Counted from the stretch's first letter, positions 29,501 through 37,826 are shown. The stretch is 64,000 nucleotides of DNA from an uncultured Alphaproteobacteria bacterium (GCA_944389385.1 CALXMC010000004.1:8254-72253); one strand, 5' to 3'. Notes: generated by a model from the letters alone, not told the origin. Numbers and translations: made by a program.

Positions 29501-30593
29501 GCCACTGGATAAAATTAAATTAAATGATAATATTGAAGAAGCAGGAGAAAATAAAATGCAGTTTCAAGCAGTTGTTGGAAATCCGCCATACCAAGAAGCG
29601 CGCCAGAATACTAGTGATAATCCTATATATCATTTATTTATGAATGTAGCATTTCTGCTGAGTAATAAAGCATCATTTATTACGCCTGCTAGGTTTTTAT
29701 TTAATGCCGGTAAAACCCCAAAAGAATGGAACAGGAAGATGCTTGACGATGAGCATGTTAAGGTTTCATCTTATGAAAGAGAATCTAAAAAGTATTTCCC
29801 TCATACCAGTATAAATGGCGGAATTGCAATAACTTATAGAGATACTTCAAAAAAATATGGTGCAATTAAATTTTTTCGACCATATAAAGAAATGGGGAGT
29901 GTTGCAGATAAAATATTGAATTACAAAAACTTTGAAAGCATCAAAGATATGGTTTATCTCCAAAATAAATTTAATTTAGAGGCGCTATATAAAGATTATT
30001 CTAAAGCTAAAACAAAAATTAGCTCTGCTGGTAGCGAAAAGCGAATAGTGTCATCTGCTTTTGAGAACCTTACTGAAGTTTTTTCAGATGTGATGCACAC
30101 AAAAAGTAGTGTTCCTATTTGTGGATTATTCAAGAGAAGAAGGATAGTCAAATACATTGAGGAAAAATATTTAGAACGTGGATCAAATATAGATCATTAT
30201 AAAGTTTTACTTTCTTCCGCTGATGGGGCGAGTGGTACCATAGGCAACCCTGTACCAGCAAGGGTGATTGGAGAGCCAGTTGTGTTGGATGCTGGTGTTG
30301 GATACACTCAGACATTTATTTCAATTGGAGCTTTTAAACGTAAAAAAGAAGCGGATAATTTACAGAAATATTTAAAAACTAGATTTGTTCGTTTCATGGT
30401 GGGGACTCTAAAGGCAACAAATGGGCTTAAGATAGAAGTTTGGTCAAATGTGCCAAAACAGGATTTTTCTGACGCGTCTGACATAGATTGGTCAAAATCC
30501 ATTGCTGAAATAGATAAGCAGTTATACAAGAAGTATGGGCTGGATAAGAAAGAAATTGATTTCATTGAATCTATGATCAAACCAATGGAGTAA
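26526..30593 (+). CDS. Fused GIY-YIG nuclease / SF2 helicase-ATPase / gamma-class N6-adenine methyltransferase / C-terminal putative TRD (Type ISP/IIG-like RM enzyme)
   Basis: N-terminus HIYAF-(9)-YLKVGDTYRTVKSRLEEW fits GIY-(9-11)-YIG...R...E. Helicase motifs I RFGKSFTAL, II LLIVDETHYGA, III LSGTPYRI, VI QAVFRLQN. MTase motifs X EVPTPINVCDNIINLI, I LDIASKAGEFA, IV VVGNPPYQ. ~450 aa after NPPY for target recognition. ATGA overlap with upstream gene. Confidence 0.7.
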   Translation: MKDLNLDEVIVGRVEPHIYAFTTNTIPNYLKVGDTYRTVKSRLEEWKKYFPNLKAEFDGSAKISDGVFVRDYSVHQYLEGGIHRDRLTPEILKQISPAAYFSKEFFKNATAQDVSDALTDIRESFANNDNRYSFYNLDRMPVVHQYASTGFWKPRPNQQDTIDKIKEAVEKGRTNLLMYAVMRFGKSFTALCCAKEINAEIVLVVSAKADVKEEWRKNVQSADNFRDDYIFADAKQLRDEEGLIKNTLDNKKKVVLFLTLQDLQGTDIKEKHKEVFDNKIDLLIVDETHYGARAEKYGAVLRQTKDIKQDYSTEGFVDIEEADKQIKTLKAKITLHLSGTPYRILMGSEFTKDDIIAFYQFTDIVKAQENWDKENLLKDEAEPEWDNPYFGFPQMIRFAFHPSTVAKAKLDELRKNGVSYAFSELFKPKSIYRAGDESHKMFVHESEILDLFTVIDGSKNDKNVLGFLNHDKIQSGNMCRHIVCVLPYCASCDALEKLIQDNADKFKNLRDYEVINISGVDAARTYRDVNAVKRKIKECEADNKKTLTLTVNRMLTGSTVEEWDTMIFLKDTASPQDYDQAVFRLQNQYVRKYVDPKTGQEIKYNMKPQTLLVDFDPNRMFMMQESKSQIYNVNTEVNGNSKLQDRIQEELRISPIITINQDKISQVDASDIIDAVSEYSSKRGVWDESKSIPVDFELLKDQQIFDVINSQGEIGSNQGLKVEGNVGDDVDIDVPPVELPEPPVEPKDPAPVVAVEKDDMKSLENKFKTYYSRILFFAFLTNNKVTSLDDVLNCITKEDNVRIAKNLGLKYQILVSIRNKINSYILQQLDYKIYDISKLAHDTEVEPINRAETALIKFGRFSESEVPTPINVCDNIINLIPDDAFLSLKKQNNAMLDIASKAGEFAIAICKRCEKIGIDIESIKDSVLAIPTSSVAYEFTRKVYEFLGLNINAIAAEFNSYDLLDVKMLDRRGRPTKNIDYARVAAILKQTKPLDKIKLNDNIEEAGENKMQFQAVVGNPPYQEARQNTSDNPIYHLFMNVAFLLSNKASFITPARFLFNAGKTPKEWNRKMLDDEHVKVSSYERESKKYFPHTSINGGIAITYRDTSKKYGAIKFFRPYKEMGSVADKILNYKNFESIKDMVYLQNKFNLEALYKDYSKAKTKISSAGSEKRIVSSAFENLTEVFSDVMHTKSSVPICGLFKRRRIVKYIEEKYLERGSNIDHYKVLLSSADGASGTIGNPVPARVIGEPVVLDAGVGYTQTFISIGAFKRKKEADNLQKYLKTRFVRFMVGTLKATNGLKIEVWSNVPKQDFSDASDIDWSKSIAEIDKQLYKKYGLDKKEIDFIESMIKPME

Positions 30594-30597
30594 CGGT

Positions 30598-30942
30598 ATG
30601 AAAATGTTGCACATTTTTATATTACTTGTATTTCCACTTGCGCTGGTTGGATGTTCTGAACCTGCACCGGAATGCTGGTCGCCTTCTGTAAAAAGCTTAC
30701 TAAAAGATATAGCGAAAGAAAGCTATAACAAGGAAATAGTAGGGTTTGAAGAAGTTGTGGAGATGGAAGTGTTTAATAATGTTACTCCACAAAGACGTGC
30801 TTGCTCAGCCAAACTGGTAACCAAATACAATGAAAAAGAAGCTACATACCAGTATTTTGAGGTAGATTATGTCGTTAGAACCATCCGTGGCGAAAATAAT
30901 ATGTACTACACTTCAGTAACCGATATGCATCGAAAATTATAA
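30598..30942 (+). CDS. Small lipoprotein, hypothetical
   Basis: Signal peptide with lipobox LALVGC. 114 aa. Confidence 0.5.
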   Translation: MKMLHIFILLVFPLALVGCSEPAPECWSPSVKSLLKDIAKESYNKEIVGFEEVVEMEVFNNVTPQRRACSAKLVTKYNEKEATYQYFEVDYVVRTIRGENNMYYTSVTDMHRKL

Positions 30943-30962
30943 GATATAGGATAAGATGAAAA

Positions 30963-31676
30963 ATGGATACATGTAATATTTTGGAATATATTGGCATGGG
31001 AGGCGATTATGTTATTAAAAATATAGTCAAACTTCTTACTAGCTGGCCTTTTATTGTACTGGTTGTGTTTTTTGCGCTCAGAAAATACTTTGTCGCAATT
31101 TTGAAAAAAATAAAAGAAGATTTGCGAGTAAAAGACAACAAATTTTCACTTGGTGACTCAAATCAGCCAGATATTCAAAATAGCACACAAGACAAATTAT
31201 TTGATATTCCTGCAACTACTTCTGATAAGAAGTTAAAAAAGCGTAAGGCAGAATACGATCTTCCAGAATTGCCTGATACGGGCTTGAAGGCTTATACATT
31301 AGAAATAGAAAATAAGTTAAAGAAAGATTTAGCGGAATCGCCGTATAAAAAAATAGATATAATGGTTAGGGATTCGACAAATTATAGGATAGCAACGGAG
31401 TTTGAACGTATATATAGAATTATCTTTGGAAGCCAAATACGATTGTTACGTCATTTGGAAGCAGCAAAAACACTAACAAAAAATGAAGTAGCTAAGTTTT
31501 TCAAACAAGAAAAACGTAAAATGCCGGATAGCAATATTGAATTAGAACCTTGGACCAAATTTGTGCAATCTCAGGGACTGATGGAGTACAAAGATGGGGA
31601 ATATACAATTACAAATAAAGGGTTAGCTTTTATAGCCTATTTAGCCCTTTTCAATTATGAGGATAGGCTGTGGTAA
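30963..31676 (+). CDS. Hypothetical membrane-anchored protein
   Basis: N-terminal TM (WPFIVLVVFFAL). K/E-rich soluble domain. 237 aa. Confidence 0.45.
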   Translation: MDTCNILEYIGMGGDYVIKNIVKLLTSWPFIVLVVFFALRKYFVAILKKIKEDLRVKDNKFSLGDSNQPDIQNSTQDKLFDIPATTSDKKLKKRKAEYDLPELPDTGLKAYTLEIENKLKKDLAESPYKKIDIMVRDSTNYRIATEFERIYRIIFGSQIRLLRHLEAAKTLTKNEVAKFFKQEKRKMPDSNIELEPWTKFVQSQGLMEYKDGEYTITNKGLAFIAYLALFNYEDRLW

Positions 31677-31728
31677 AAATAAAAAGAAAAAATAATGAAT
31701 AAATAGCCAAGTATCATTTTAAATAATG

Positions 31729-32247
31729 TTATATATTAAAAGTAGTAAAAAAATTTTGTAGTTCTTTATCTGAAACAGTGTGTGACAATATATCACTTAC
31801 ATTTTTCAAATTTGTTTTTTCTTTTGGATTTAATCTTTGGTGTCTTAAATTTTCAAAACATTTGCGTATAAGATGCTGTTTGGTGTCCGGTAAATAGGCG
31901 ATGCATGCTAAATGATTATTTTTTCTTTTGTTCATTAAATCAGATTCATTTTCAGTGCAGATTTTTCTGATGTCAAAATGAGAACATCCGGATAAATATT
32001 GTGTAGGTCTGGATGTTAATGAATCTTTTATCAAACATAACCATTCTTTTTCTGTTACAGAAAACGTTAAGCTATGATTTGTATAGTCTTTTGATGTAGA
32101 AACAAAAAAATACAGTACTTCCCGAATAAGAGGCATCCGGTTTATAAATAATTTATATTTACGTTTGCAAACATTTGTGGTTTCTTCTACAGATTGTTCA
32201 TCAACGTAACACCAAAACGGTTGAAAATATTCCATTTTAAGCAGCAT
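31729..32247 (-). CDS. Putative toxin partnered with a Panacea-domain antitoxin (no recognisable family)
   Basis: 172-aa ORF. 11-nt overlap with upstream Panacea gene in operon arrangement. No known toxin motif seen. Confidence 0.4.
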   Translation of the reverse strand: MLLKMEYFQPFWCYVDEQSVEETTNVCKRKYKLFINRMPLIREVLYFFVSTSKDYTNHSLTFSVTEKEWLCLIKDSLTSRPTQYLSGCSHFDIRKICTENESDLMNKRKNNHLACIAYLPDTKQHLIRKCFENLRHQRLNPKEKTNLKNVSDILSHTVSDKELQNFFTTFNI

Positions 32248-32725
32248 ACATATTTAAAACTTCACCCATATGCTCTGTGCCGCCAAGAGTCGCACCAATT
32301 AAAACCATAGGTTTTGTGTTATAGGCTATTTCTGTTAAAGTTTTAGCTCCGTATCCCTGCACATGTTCCAGCATAGTAGAAACAATGTTCAGTTCATCTG
32401 GTGACAAAGAATCTGTTTCTACTGATGTAGGATCGGTAAGATTGTAAACTACGTGCTCGTCGCTTCCAAAGAAACAGGATTCTGCAGATATCGTTCCTTC
32501 TTCGCGCATGTTTTCAAGGTTTTTGTAAATAGTACTATCAAAAGGACCAAAATTCCAACGGATATATTTAAATTCGGATATAGGTTTCCCAATATTGCGA
32601 ATTGCGGCCAAGTCAATCAAGTATGATATTTTTAGCAAACTAGTAACTCCGCGTGGGCCATCACGCAAAATGAGCGCCAAAAGCTGTTTCGTTTTCTGAC
32701 ACATAAAATTTCTCTTTGAGTTCAA
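32237..32725 (-). CDS. Panacea-domain (DUF4065, GepA/SocA-like) putative antitoxin
   Basis: KQLLALILRDGPRGVTSLLKISYLIDLAA...ISEFKYIRWNFGPFDSTIYKNLENM fits the DUF4065 pattern (LQKLLYLAD...W.YGPV...Y). Confidence 0.5.
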   Translation of the reverse strand: MNSKRNFMCQKTKQLLALILRDGPRGVTSLLKISYLIDLAAIRNIGKPISEFKYIRWNFGPFDSTIYKNLENMREEGTISAESCFFGSDEHVVYNLTDPTSVETDSLSPDELNIVSTMLEHVQGYGAKTLTEIAYNTKPMVLIGATLGGTEHMGEVLNMYAA

Positions 32726-33216
32726 TGCAATTATAACACATTATGTTAAAATTATAAAAGCATAAAATTAGGTTTTTAGAAAAATAGGACTAAAAAATAA
32801 AAAAAGCAACAAAAATATCTCGTTGCTCATGCTGACAATTATACCATAATTTGCTTAAAAAGTCAATAATAACTAGTTGTTGGTCACGAAAATATGGACT
32901 TGTAATAACTTGACATCTGTGTCAACTTGTGCTGGATGCGGCGGGGCAACCATGTCTGCCGGCATGTTAGGTTGCCGTTGTTTGTTCTGCGGATAGCTCC
33001 AACTCGTGTAATGATCGGCATGCTGCGAAATAAAGCATAATAAAATCCGTCTTATTACTGGGCTCAATTTCTCGAAAATGTTTGTACTTCATAGACAATC
33101 CTTTTAAGGTTGTCGTATTTGGCATAATCTTTCGTCACTTGCCCAGTCATTTGTTGTAACTAAAGGATATTGCTTGTTTTTCAATTTTTTGGTAATTTGG
33201 AACAAAAGGGGACAAA

Positions 33217-34017
33217 ATGGCAGATTATAAGGAATATCTGGATAAAATAAGAAATTCGCAGTTGTTATATTTTGATTCATTTCCATTGGATATGACGTCT
33301 TGTGAATATAATGTGCATTTGTTGTTGAATAAAATGGCGGAAGCAAGAAAGTCATACCTTTTGCTAATGGATAATGAACGATTTACGGATGCTATGTTGG
33401 TGGCAGGACATTTGCTAGAGAATGCAGCGGTGATCAATTATCTTTCTGCTAGCTTGCAAGAAGCTAATACAAAACAAATAAGCAAATATCTGGCACGAGA
33501 AACGGTACAAACTCTATGTGATTTATTCAAATTTGTAGGCGATGATAATGTGGATGCGGAAACTCAAGAAAATATAGATTTTATAATGGATGATTTTAAG
33601 AATAGATGCGACATAGTTGTATCGAAAAAAGCGGAACAAAGTCACGAAGAATTGGTCCAGACTATATTGATGGCTATGACAAATTCGGAAAAATTAAGAA
33701 TTATAAAAAATAATTACGAATTTCCGGTGGTTGAAGATTATTTGAGGCCGTTTAGGAAAGATTTATCAAATTTTTATGGTTTTTCCGGTATTGATAAAAA
33801 GCTTGTGTTGTTTTATTCGTCATATTGCAAAATAAAACACTGCGGGGCGGCTATGTATGTGCCAGTTCTATGCAAAGATATGGTTGTTATGAATAAAAAT
33901 CAGTACAGAGGCCTTAGCCCTATAGTTGTCTGGATGTGTTTGGAATACACAGAAAAGAATATAAAAAATATATTGTCAAAAATAAAACCAGAATTAGGAT
34001 TAACAGCCAAAAACTAG
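33217..34017 (+). CDS. Hypothetical protein (266 aa), convergent with reverse transcriptase
   Basis: Clean ORF. No recognised motif. Confidence 0.4.
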   Translation: MADYKEYLDKIRNSQLLYFDSFPLDMTSCEYNVHLLLNKMAEARKSYLLLMDNERFTDAMLVAGHLLENAAVINYLSASLQEANTKQISKYLARETVQTLCDLFKFVGDDNVDAETQENIDFIMDDFKNRCDIVVSKKAEQSHEELVQTILMAMTNSEKLRIIKNNYEFPVVEDYLRPFRKDLSNFYGFSGIDKKLVLFYSSYCKIKHCGAAMYVPVLCKDMVVMNKNQYRGLSPIVVWMCLEYTEKNIKNILSKIKPELGLTAKN

Positions 34018-34034
34018 ATGTTTTTTATAACGTT

Positions 34035-35576
34035 TTAATTTATTGGTTTATTGATAAGTGTTGTTATAAATTTGTTAAGTTCCACATCTTCTGAGTCTAT
34101 AATCTTTTTAACGCGTTCAAAATGTTTTCGCATTTGTTTTTTCAATGTGATATCGCCCATATCGTCAAAGGCTCTATTGACATAGGCCCAGAAAGTTCTT
34201 TTGCCTAGGTGTGTGTAATTCCTATATAAACTTCTCCTGTATAGTTTGGTTTTGATTTGTTTGGGGGCTTGGCCAGCTTCGACCAATCGTTTAATTTTGT
34301 TTTGTGTTGCTAAGCGCATGGATCTAATACCACGTTTGGATTTCCGTAAATATCTTGCCATACTAGAACCACGAATTTTTATGTCTTTGCCATCAAACGT
34401 GAATCCTAAATATTGTAAAGGGTCTTCGATTATTCTGTCAGAAGTAAAATCATAACATTTGCTTTTAGATTTTTTATTATCTTCGATTTGATGTATTGAT
34501 AAATATTTTCCTTGTTCTTTGATGGTTGTCATAATATGTCGGCATATATCTTCTTTTGAATCTTTATCGCATATAATCAAAATATCATCAGAATAACGTC
34601 TGTATACGGCACCATGGTTATTACAAAATTCATTCATGGATTTATCAAATGGCAGCATATAAATATTCGCTAATAACGCCGAAAGGGGAGAACCTTGCGG
34701 AATACCATATGGTGCATCTGTACCTTGAACACCAGGGTTAACATCAAATGTATGATTGTTGATTTTTTCTTTATTACAGATTTTTTGGTGTTGTTTATAC
34801 CATTGTCTAAATTTATGGAAATCGGACATATTGTTAAATAATTTTTGCGGTAATTTATATCCCCTTCGCAACGGGCAGTTTAAACAGGTTTTTGCAGTTG
34901 GAATACAATGCATACATTGCAAATACATTTTTATGATGTCAATATCGATGAAACTGTATTTAGTCAGTGTTTTATAAATATTGAAATGATCTGGTGGTAG
35001 GGTGTCGCAAGCGTCATCTCTACTAAGGAGCGCAGCCCATTGTTTTTTTAGGTTTTTATGGTCAATATAGTCATAAAAACTTTTTATATCGAATGCGAGA
35101 GCTAAGCAGTTGTTTTTTCTGCTTTTTATTATATCAAATACTTCTCGTGCAAAAGTAATATTATTTGCGACTTTTTGCATGTGTTTGGACTTACGGTATG
35201 CTAATACCACATCACCGAGCCCCAATTTTGAGAGCTTTTTTTCATATAAATCATACAATATAGTTGCATAATATGAAAAAATCATTGAATCAAAATGGGC
35301 GGCATATCTGATTGGACGTTTTTTTACAATAGATTGTTGTTGGTCTCTTGGCGTGGTTTTATCTATTTTAGATACGCGCCGTTCTTCAATGTCATACCCA
35401 ATAAAAGGCAGAAAGGGATGTTGGGCTATTTTATTGGCATTGGTTATATACTCGATAATGTTCTTAGCTGCGCTAGATATTGTGCCGTTTGGTAATCTGT
35501 ACGCGTTGATTGGAGCATCAATATGTTTATATTTTTTTCTATTATTATAAAAAAAAGATTCCCAATCAAATTCCAT
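34035..35576 (-). CDS. Stand-alone reverse transcriptase (defence-associated/Abi-like or retron-like; unclassified)
   Basis: RT motifs: motif 1 KKRPIRYAAHFDSMI, motif 2 LALAFDIKSFYDYIDH, motif 4 GIPQGSPLSALLANIYM, motif 5 YRRYSDDILI (YxDD), motif 6/thumb LQYLGFTF. ~90-aa insertion with CxxC...CxxC between motifs 2 and 4. No maturase or endonuclease domain. Confidence 0.75.
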   Translation of the reverse strand: MEFDWESFFYNNRKKYKHIDAPINAYRLPNGTISSAAKNIIEYITNANKIAQHPFLPFIGYDIEERRVSKIDKTTPRDQQQSIVKKRPIRYAAHFDSMIFSYYATILYDLYEKKLSKLGLGDVVLAYRKSKHMQKVANNITFAREVFDIIKSRKNNCLALAFDIKSFYDYIDHKNLKKQWAALLSRDDACDTLPPDHFNIYKTLTKYSFIDIDIIKMYLQCMHCIPTAKTCLNCPLRRGYKLPQKLFNNMSDFHKFRQWYKQHQKICNKEKINNHTFDVNPGVQGTDAPYGIPQGSPLSALLANIYMLPFDKSMNEFCNNHGAVYRRYSDDILIICDKDSKEDICRHIMTTIKEQGKYLSIHQIEDNKKSKSKCYDFTSDRIIEDPLQYLGFTFDGKDIKIRGSSMARYLRKSKRGIRSMRLATQNKIKRLVEAGQAPKQIKTKLYRRSLYRNYTHLGKRTFWAYVNRAFDDMGDITLKKQMRKHFERVKKIIDSEDVELNKFITTLINKPIN

Positions 35577-36219
35577 TGTTATAACCCAACAGCAAAATAC
35601 CCGGGAGACGCCAGGTTTGCGCTAACCATTTGAGACGTCTCTCGTAAACCTTGATTCTACTAAGCTGTGCTCAGTTTGGCTGGTCATCCTTGCTGTTCAC
35701 GCAAAAGTACACGCATAAATTATCAAAGGTTCTATATTTGTCGTAATGAACGTTATTATGAACCAAGGGAGGTCTTGATGATATTCGCACAAATCTTGTT
35801 TAAATGCTTCAATATTCAAGTTTGCCAAGATTCACTGGTCATAGTATTCTTTGCGTTGCAATGGATACTTGACTTCGTTTATTCGATCCCCCTGAACCTA
35901 AAGAACAGGGCAAATTAAATATAATTTTCTTTGGCAGGATTTCAAGTGGTTGAAATGATTTTTTTACGGTATTTGGTTTAGTTTTTTGTAACATAAATAT
36001 AAAACTTGCATTATGTTCAAAATATGTAGACAATCTTACTGATTGAAAAAGCATAAGTTATTCATAAGACGACGGATAGGTTACGGATCCTGTGTAGCTA
36101 TTGTGTAGCCAGAGGGGTGTTTTATGGCGTATTTTGGTGTATCGTAGTATGCGTAAATACAGAAGTGTTAATTTAAGAAAAATGCCGCAAACCTGCGGGG
36201 TTTACGGCGGAAATTCTTG

Positions 36220-36295
36220 GCTCGGGCAACTGGACTCGAACCAGTGACATACGGATTAACAGTCCGTTGTTCTACCGACTGAACTATGCCCGAAC
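36220..36295 (-). tRNA. tRNA-Asn (anticodon GTT), CCA encoded
   Basis: 76 nt: TCGGGCA TA GTTC AGTCGGTA GAAC A ACGGA CTGTTAA TCCGT ATGTC ACTGG TTCGAGT CCAGT TGCCCGA G CCA. Cloverleaf folds with GTT anticodon. Confidence 0.85.
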
Positions 36296-36413
36296 AGCCC
36301 GCATATCATATAATCTTTTTTATCCGATTTCAAGTACTTTTTTTATCCGTTGCGATTTTACTTTTTTAGTGCTATATTTTTACCCGTCCAATAAAAAACA
36401 TAGAGGAAGCAAA

Positions 36414-37238
36414 ATGTTATTAAAAGGAAAAAAGATTTTAATTACTGGTGTCGCAAATGATTGGTCTATGGCGTGGGCTATTGCCCGCCGCGCGCATGAC
36501 GAAGGCGCAGAAATCGCCATGCCGTATGCTATGCCAAATTTGGAAAAGCGCGTACGTCCGTTGGCTGAATCCATTGGCGCGAAATTTGTCCAGGAATGCA
36601 ACGTTCAAAACGATGAACAAATGGACGATTTGTTTAACAAAATTGAACAAGAATGGGGCAGGTTGGACGGCATGCTGCACGCGATTGCGTTTTCTGATAA
36701 AAACGAATTGACCGGGCGTTATGCAGACACCACACGTGCGAATTTCAAAAATACCATGGACGTGTCAGTATATTCTTTGGTTGATTTGACGCGTCGTGCA
36801 TCCAAACTGATGACAGACGGCGGCAGTATCGTTACATTAACATACTATGGCGGTGAAAAATCAGTACCAAATTATAATGTAATGGGTGTTGCAAAATCCG
36901 CCCTGGACAGCAGTGTTCGTTATCTGGCGTCTGACCTGGGGCGTGATAGAATTCGCATCAACGCAATCAGTGCGGGTCCGATTATGACTCTGGCGTCGTC
37001 TGGTGTTGGTGGAATGAAATCCATGCTGCGCCTGAATGCGGAACAAACTCCGCTGCGTCGCAATATGACGTTGGACGATGTGTCTGGTGCTGCGATTTAT
37101 TTGTTCAGCGATTTATCCAGTGCGGTTACCGGCGAAGTGCATCATGTTGACTGTGGATATTCTACAACTGGCATGATTCCAAACGATTTGAAAGATGTTT
37201 TATTGCGCGGCTTGGACGAGCAAAACGAACAAAAATAA
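36414..37238 (+). CDS. fabI: Enoyl-[acyl-carrier-protein] reductase (NADH), FabI
   Basis: MLLKGKKILITGVANDWSMAWAIA N-terminus (Rossmann). Catalytic Y...K context (YNVMGVAKSALDSSVRYLA). RBS GAGGAAG before ATG 36414. Upstream part of the tracked ORF overlaps the tRNA and is excluded. Confidence 0.8.
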   Translation: MLLKGKKILITGVANDWSMAWAIARRAHDEGAEIAMPYAMPNLEKRVRPLAESIGAKFVQECNVQNDEQMDDLFNKIEQEWGRLDGMLHAIAFSDKNELTGRYADTTRANFKNTMDVSVYSLVDLTRRASKLMTDGGSIVTLTYYGGEKSVPNYNVMGVAKSALDSSVRYLASDLGRDRIRINAISAGPIMTLASSGVGGMKSMLRLNAEQTPLRRNMTLDDVSGAAIYLFSDLSSAVTGEVHHVDCGYSTTGMIPNDLKDVLLRGLDEQNEQK

Positions 37239-37254
37239 AATCGTTTGTACTGAA

Positions 37255-37287
37255 AAAAAGTCCCGCAATTCTGCGGGATTTTTTATG
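37255..37287 (+). terminator. Rho-independent terminator after fabI
   Basis: AAAAAAGTCCCGCAATTCTGCGGGATTTTTTAT. Confidence 0.6.
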
Positions 37288-37468
37288 CTTTGATATTTTT
37301 TGAAACAAATGGCAAAGCCCACAATACTTACAAAAACGACAGGGTAAGAGTTTTGTTGGATTATTCCAATCATTTGAATTTTCCAAAATATCCCCGACCC
37401 AAGGATTTTTTTCTTAGTTCAACCAAACATCAAACCTTAGTTCGCCCAGCGACAAATAATCATCCACA

Positions 37469-37826
37469 ACACATCGTGGTTAATTTTTGGGGTTGGTTGT
37501 TTTGCGGATTATTCGACCAAATTCTTCTGGGGATATGTGGGCAAACGATATAATTTTGGCTATTGTTATGCACGAAGGCCAATGCAATTTACCATATTTG
37601 TCTATGCGTTTGCTTTTATTAAACGCGGTTGCGTCCAAACCACACGCACGTGCCAATCCTGACCGGCTTAGTCCATTTGATGCGGCGATATAATCAACCG
37701 CAGCCCAAATGCTTGCATGATTCATAATCCTTCCTTTTAGGTATAAATCCAGGAACAAATTCAAGGATAGGTTGTATTTTACCATATAATTCGCGTCTTG
37801 TATAATGGTTATTATTCCTATTGTTT
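37469..37826. repeat. Left copy of a ~360-bp perfect inverted repeat carrying an 81-aa HTH gene
   Basis: Reverse complement of 42391-42758. Encoded 101-aa tracked ORFs are identical. Confidence 0.8.
37480..37725 (-). CDS. Small XRE/phage-repressor-like HTH DNA-binding protein (copy 1)
   Basis: MNHASIWAAVDYIAASNGLSRSGLARACGLDATAFNKSKR...GKLHWPS. Start set at internal Met with RBS AGGAAGGA. 81 aa, same length as the paralog at 42951. Confidence 0.55.
   Translation of the reverse strand: MNHASIWAAVDYIAASNGLSRSGLARACGLDATAFNKSKRIDKYGKLHWPSCITIAKIISFAHISPEEFGRIIRKTTNPKN

Larger units (their letters stand above)
18254..36295. mobile_element. ~18-kb integrative genomic island inserted in tRNA-Asn(GTT), carrying excisionase, integrase and defence-type cargo
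   Basis: Bounded by 45-bp direct repeats (18254-18298 and 36220-36264), with the intact tRNA at the right end. AlpA and tyrosine integrase at the left end. Cargo: Fic, RM-like, DUF2075, TA, RT. Confidence 0.75.

Noticed and set aside
36267-36413. N-terminal 49-codon extension of the fabI ORF
   Set aside because: The extension overlaps the tRNA-Asn gene and has no RBS. A canonical FabI N-terminus with RBS begins at ATG 36414.
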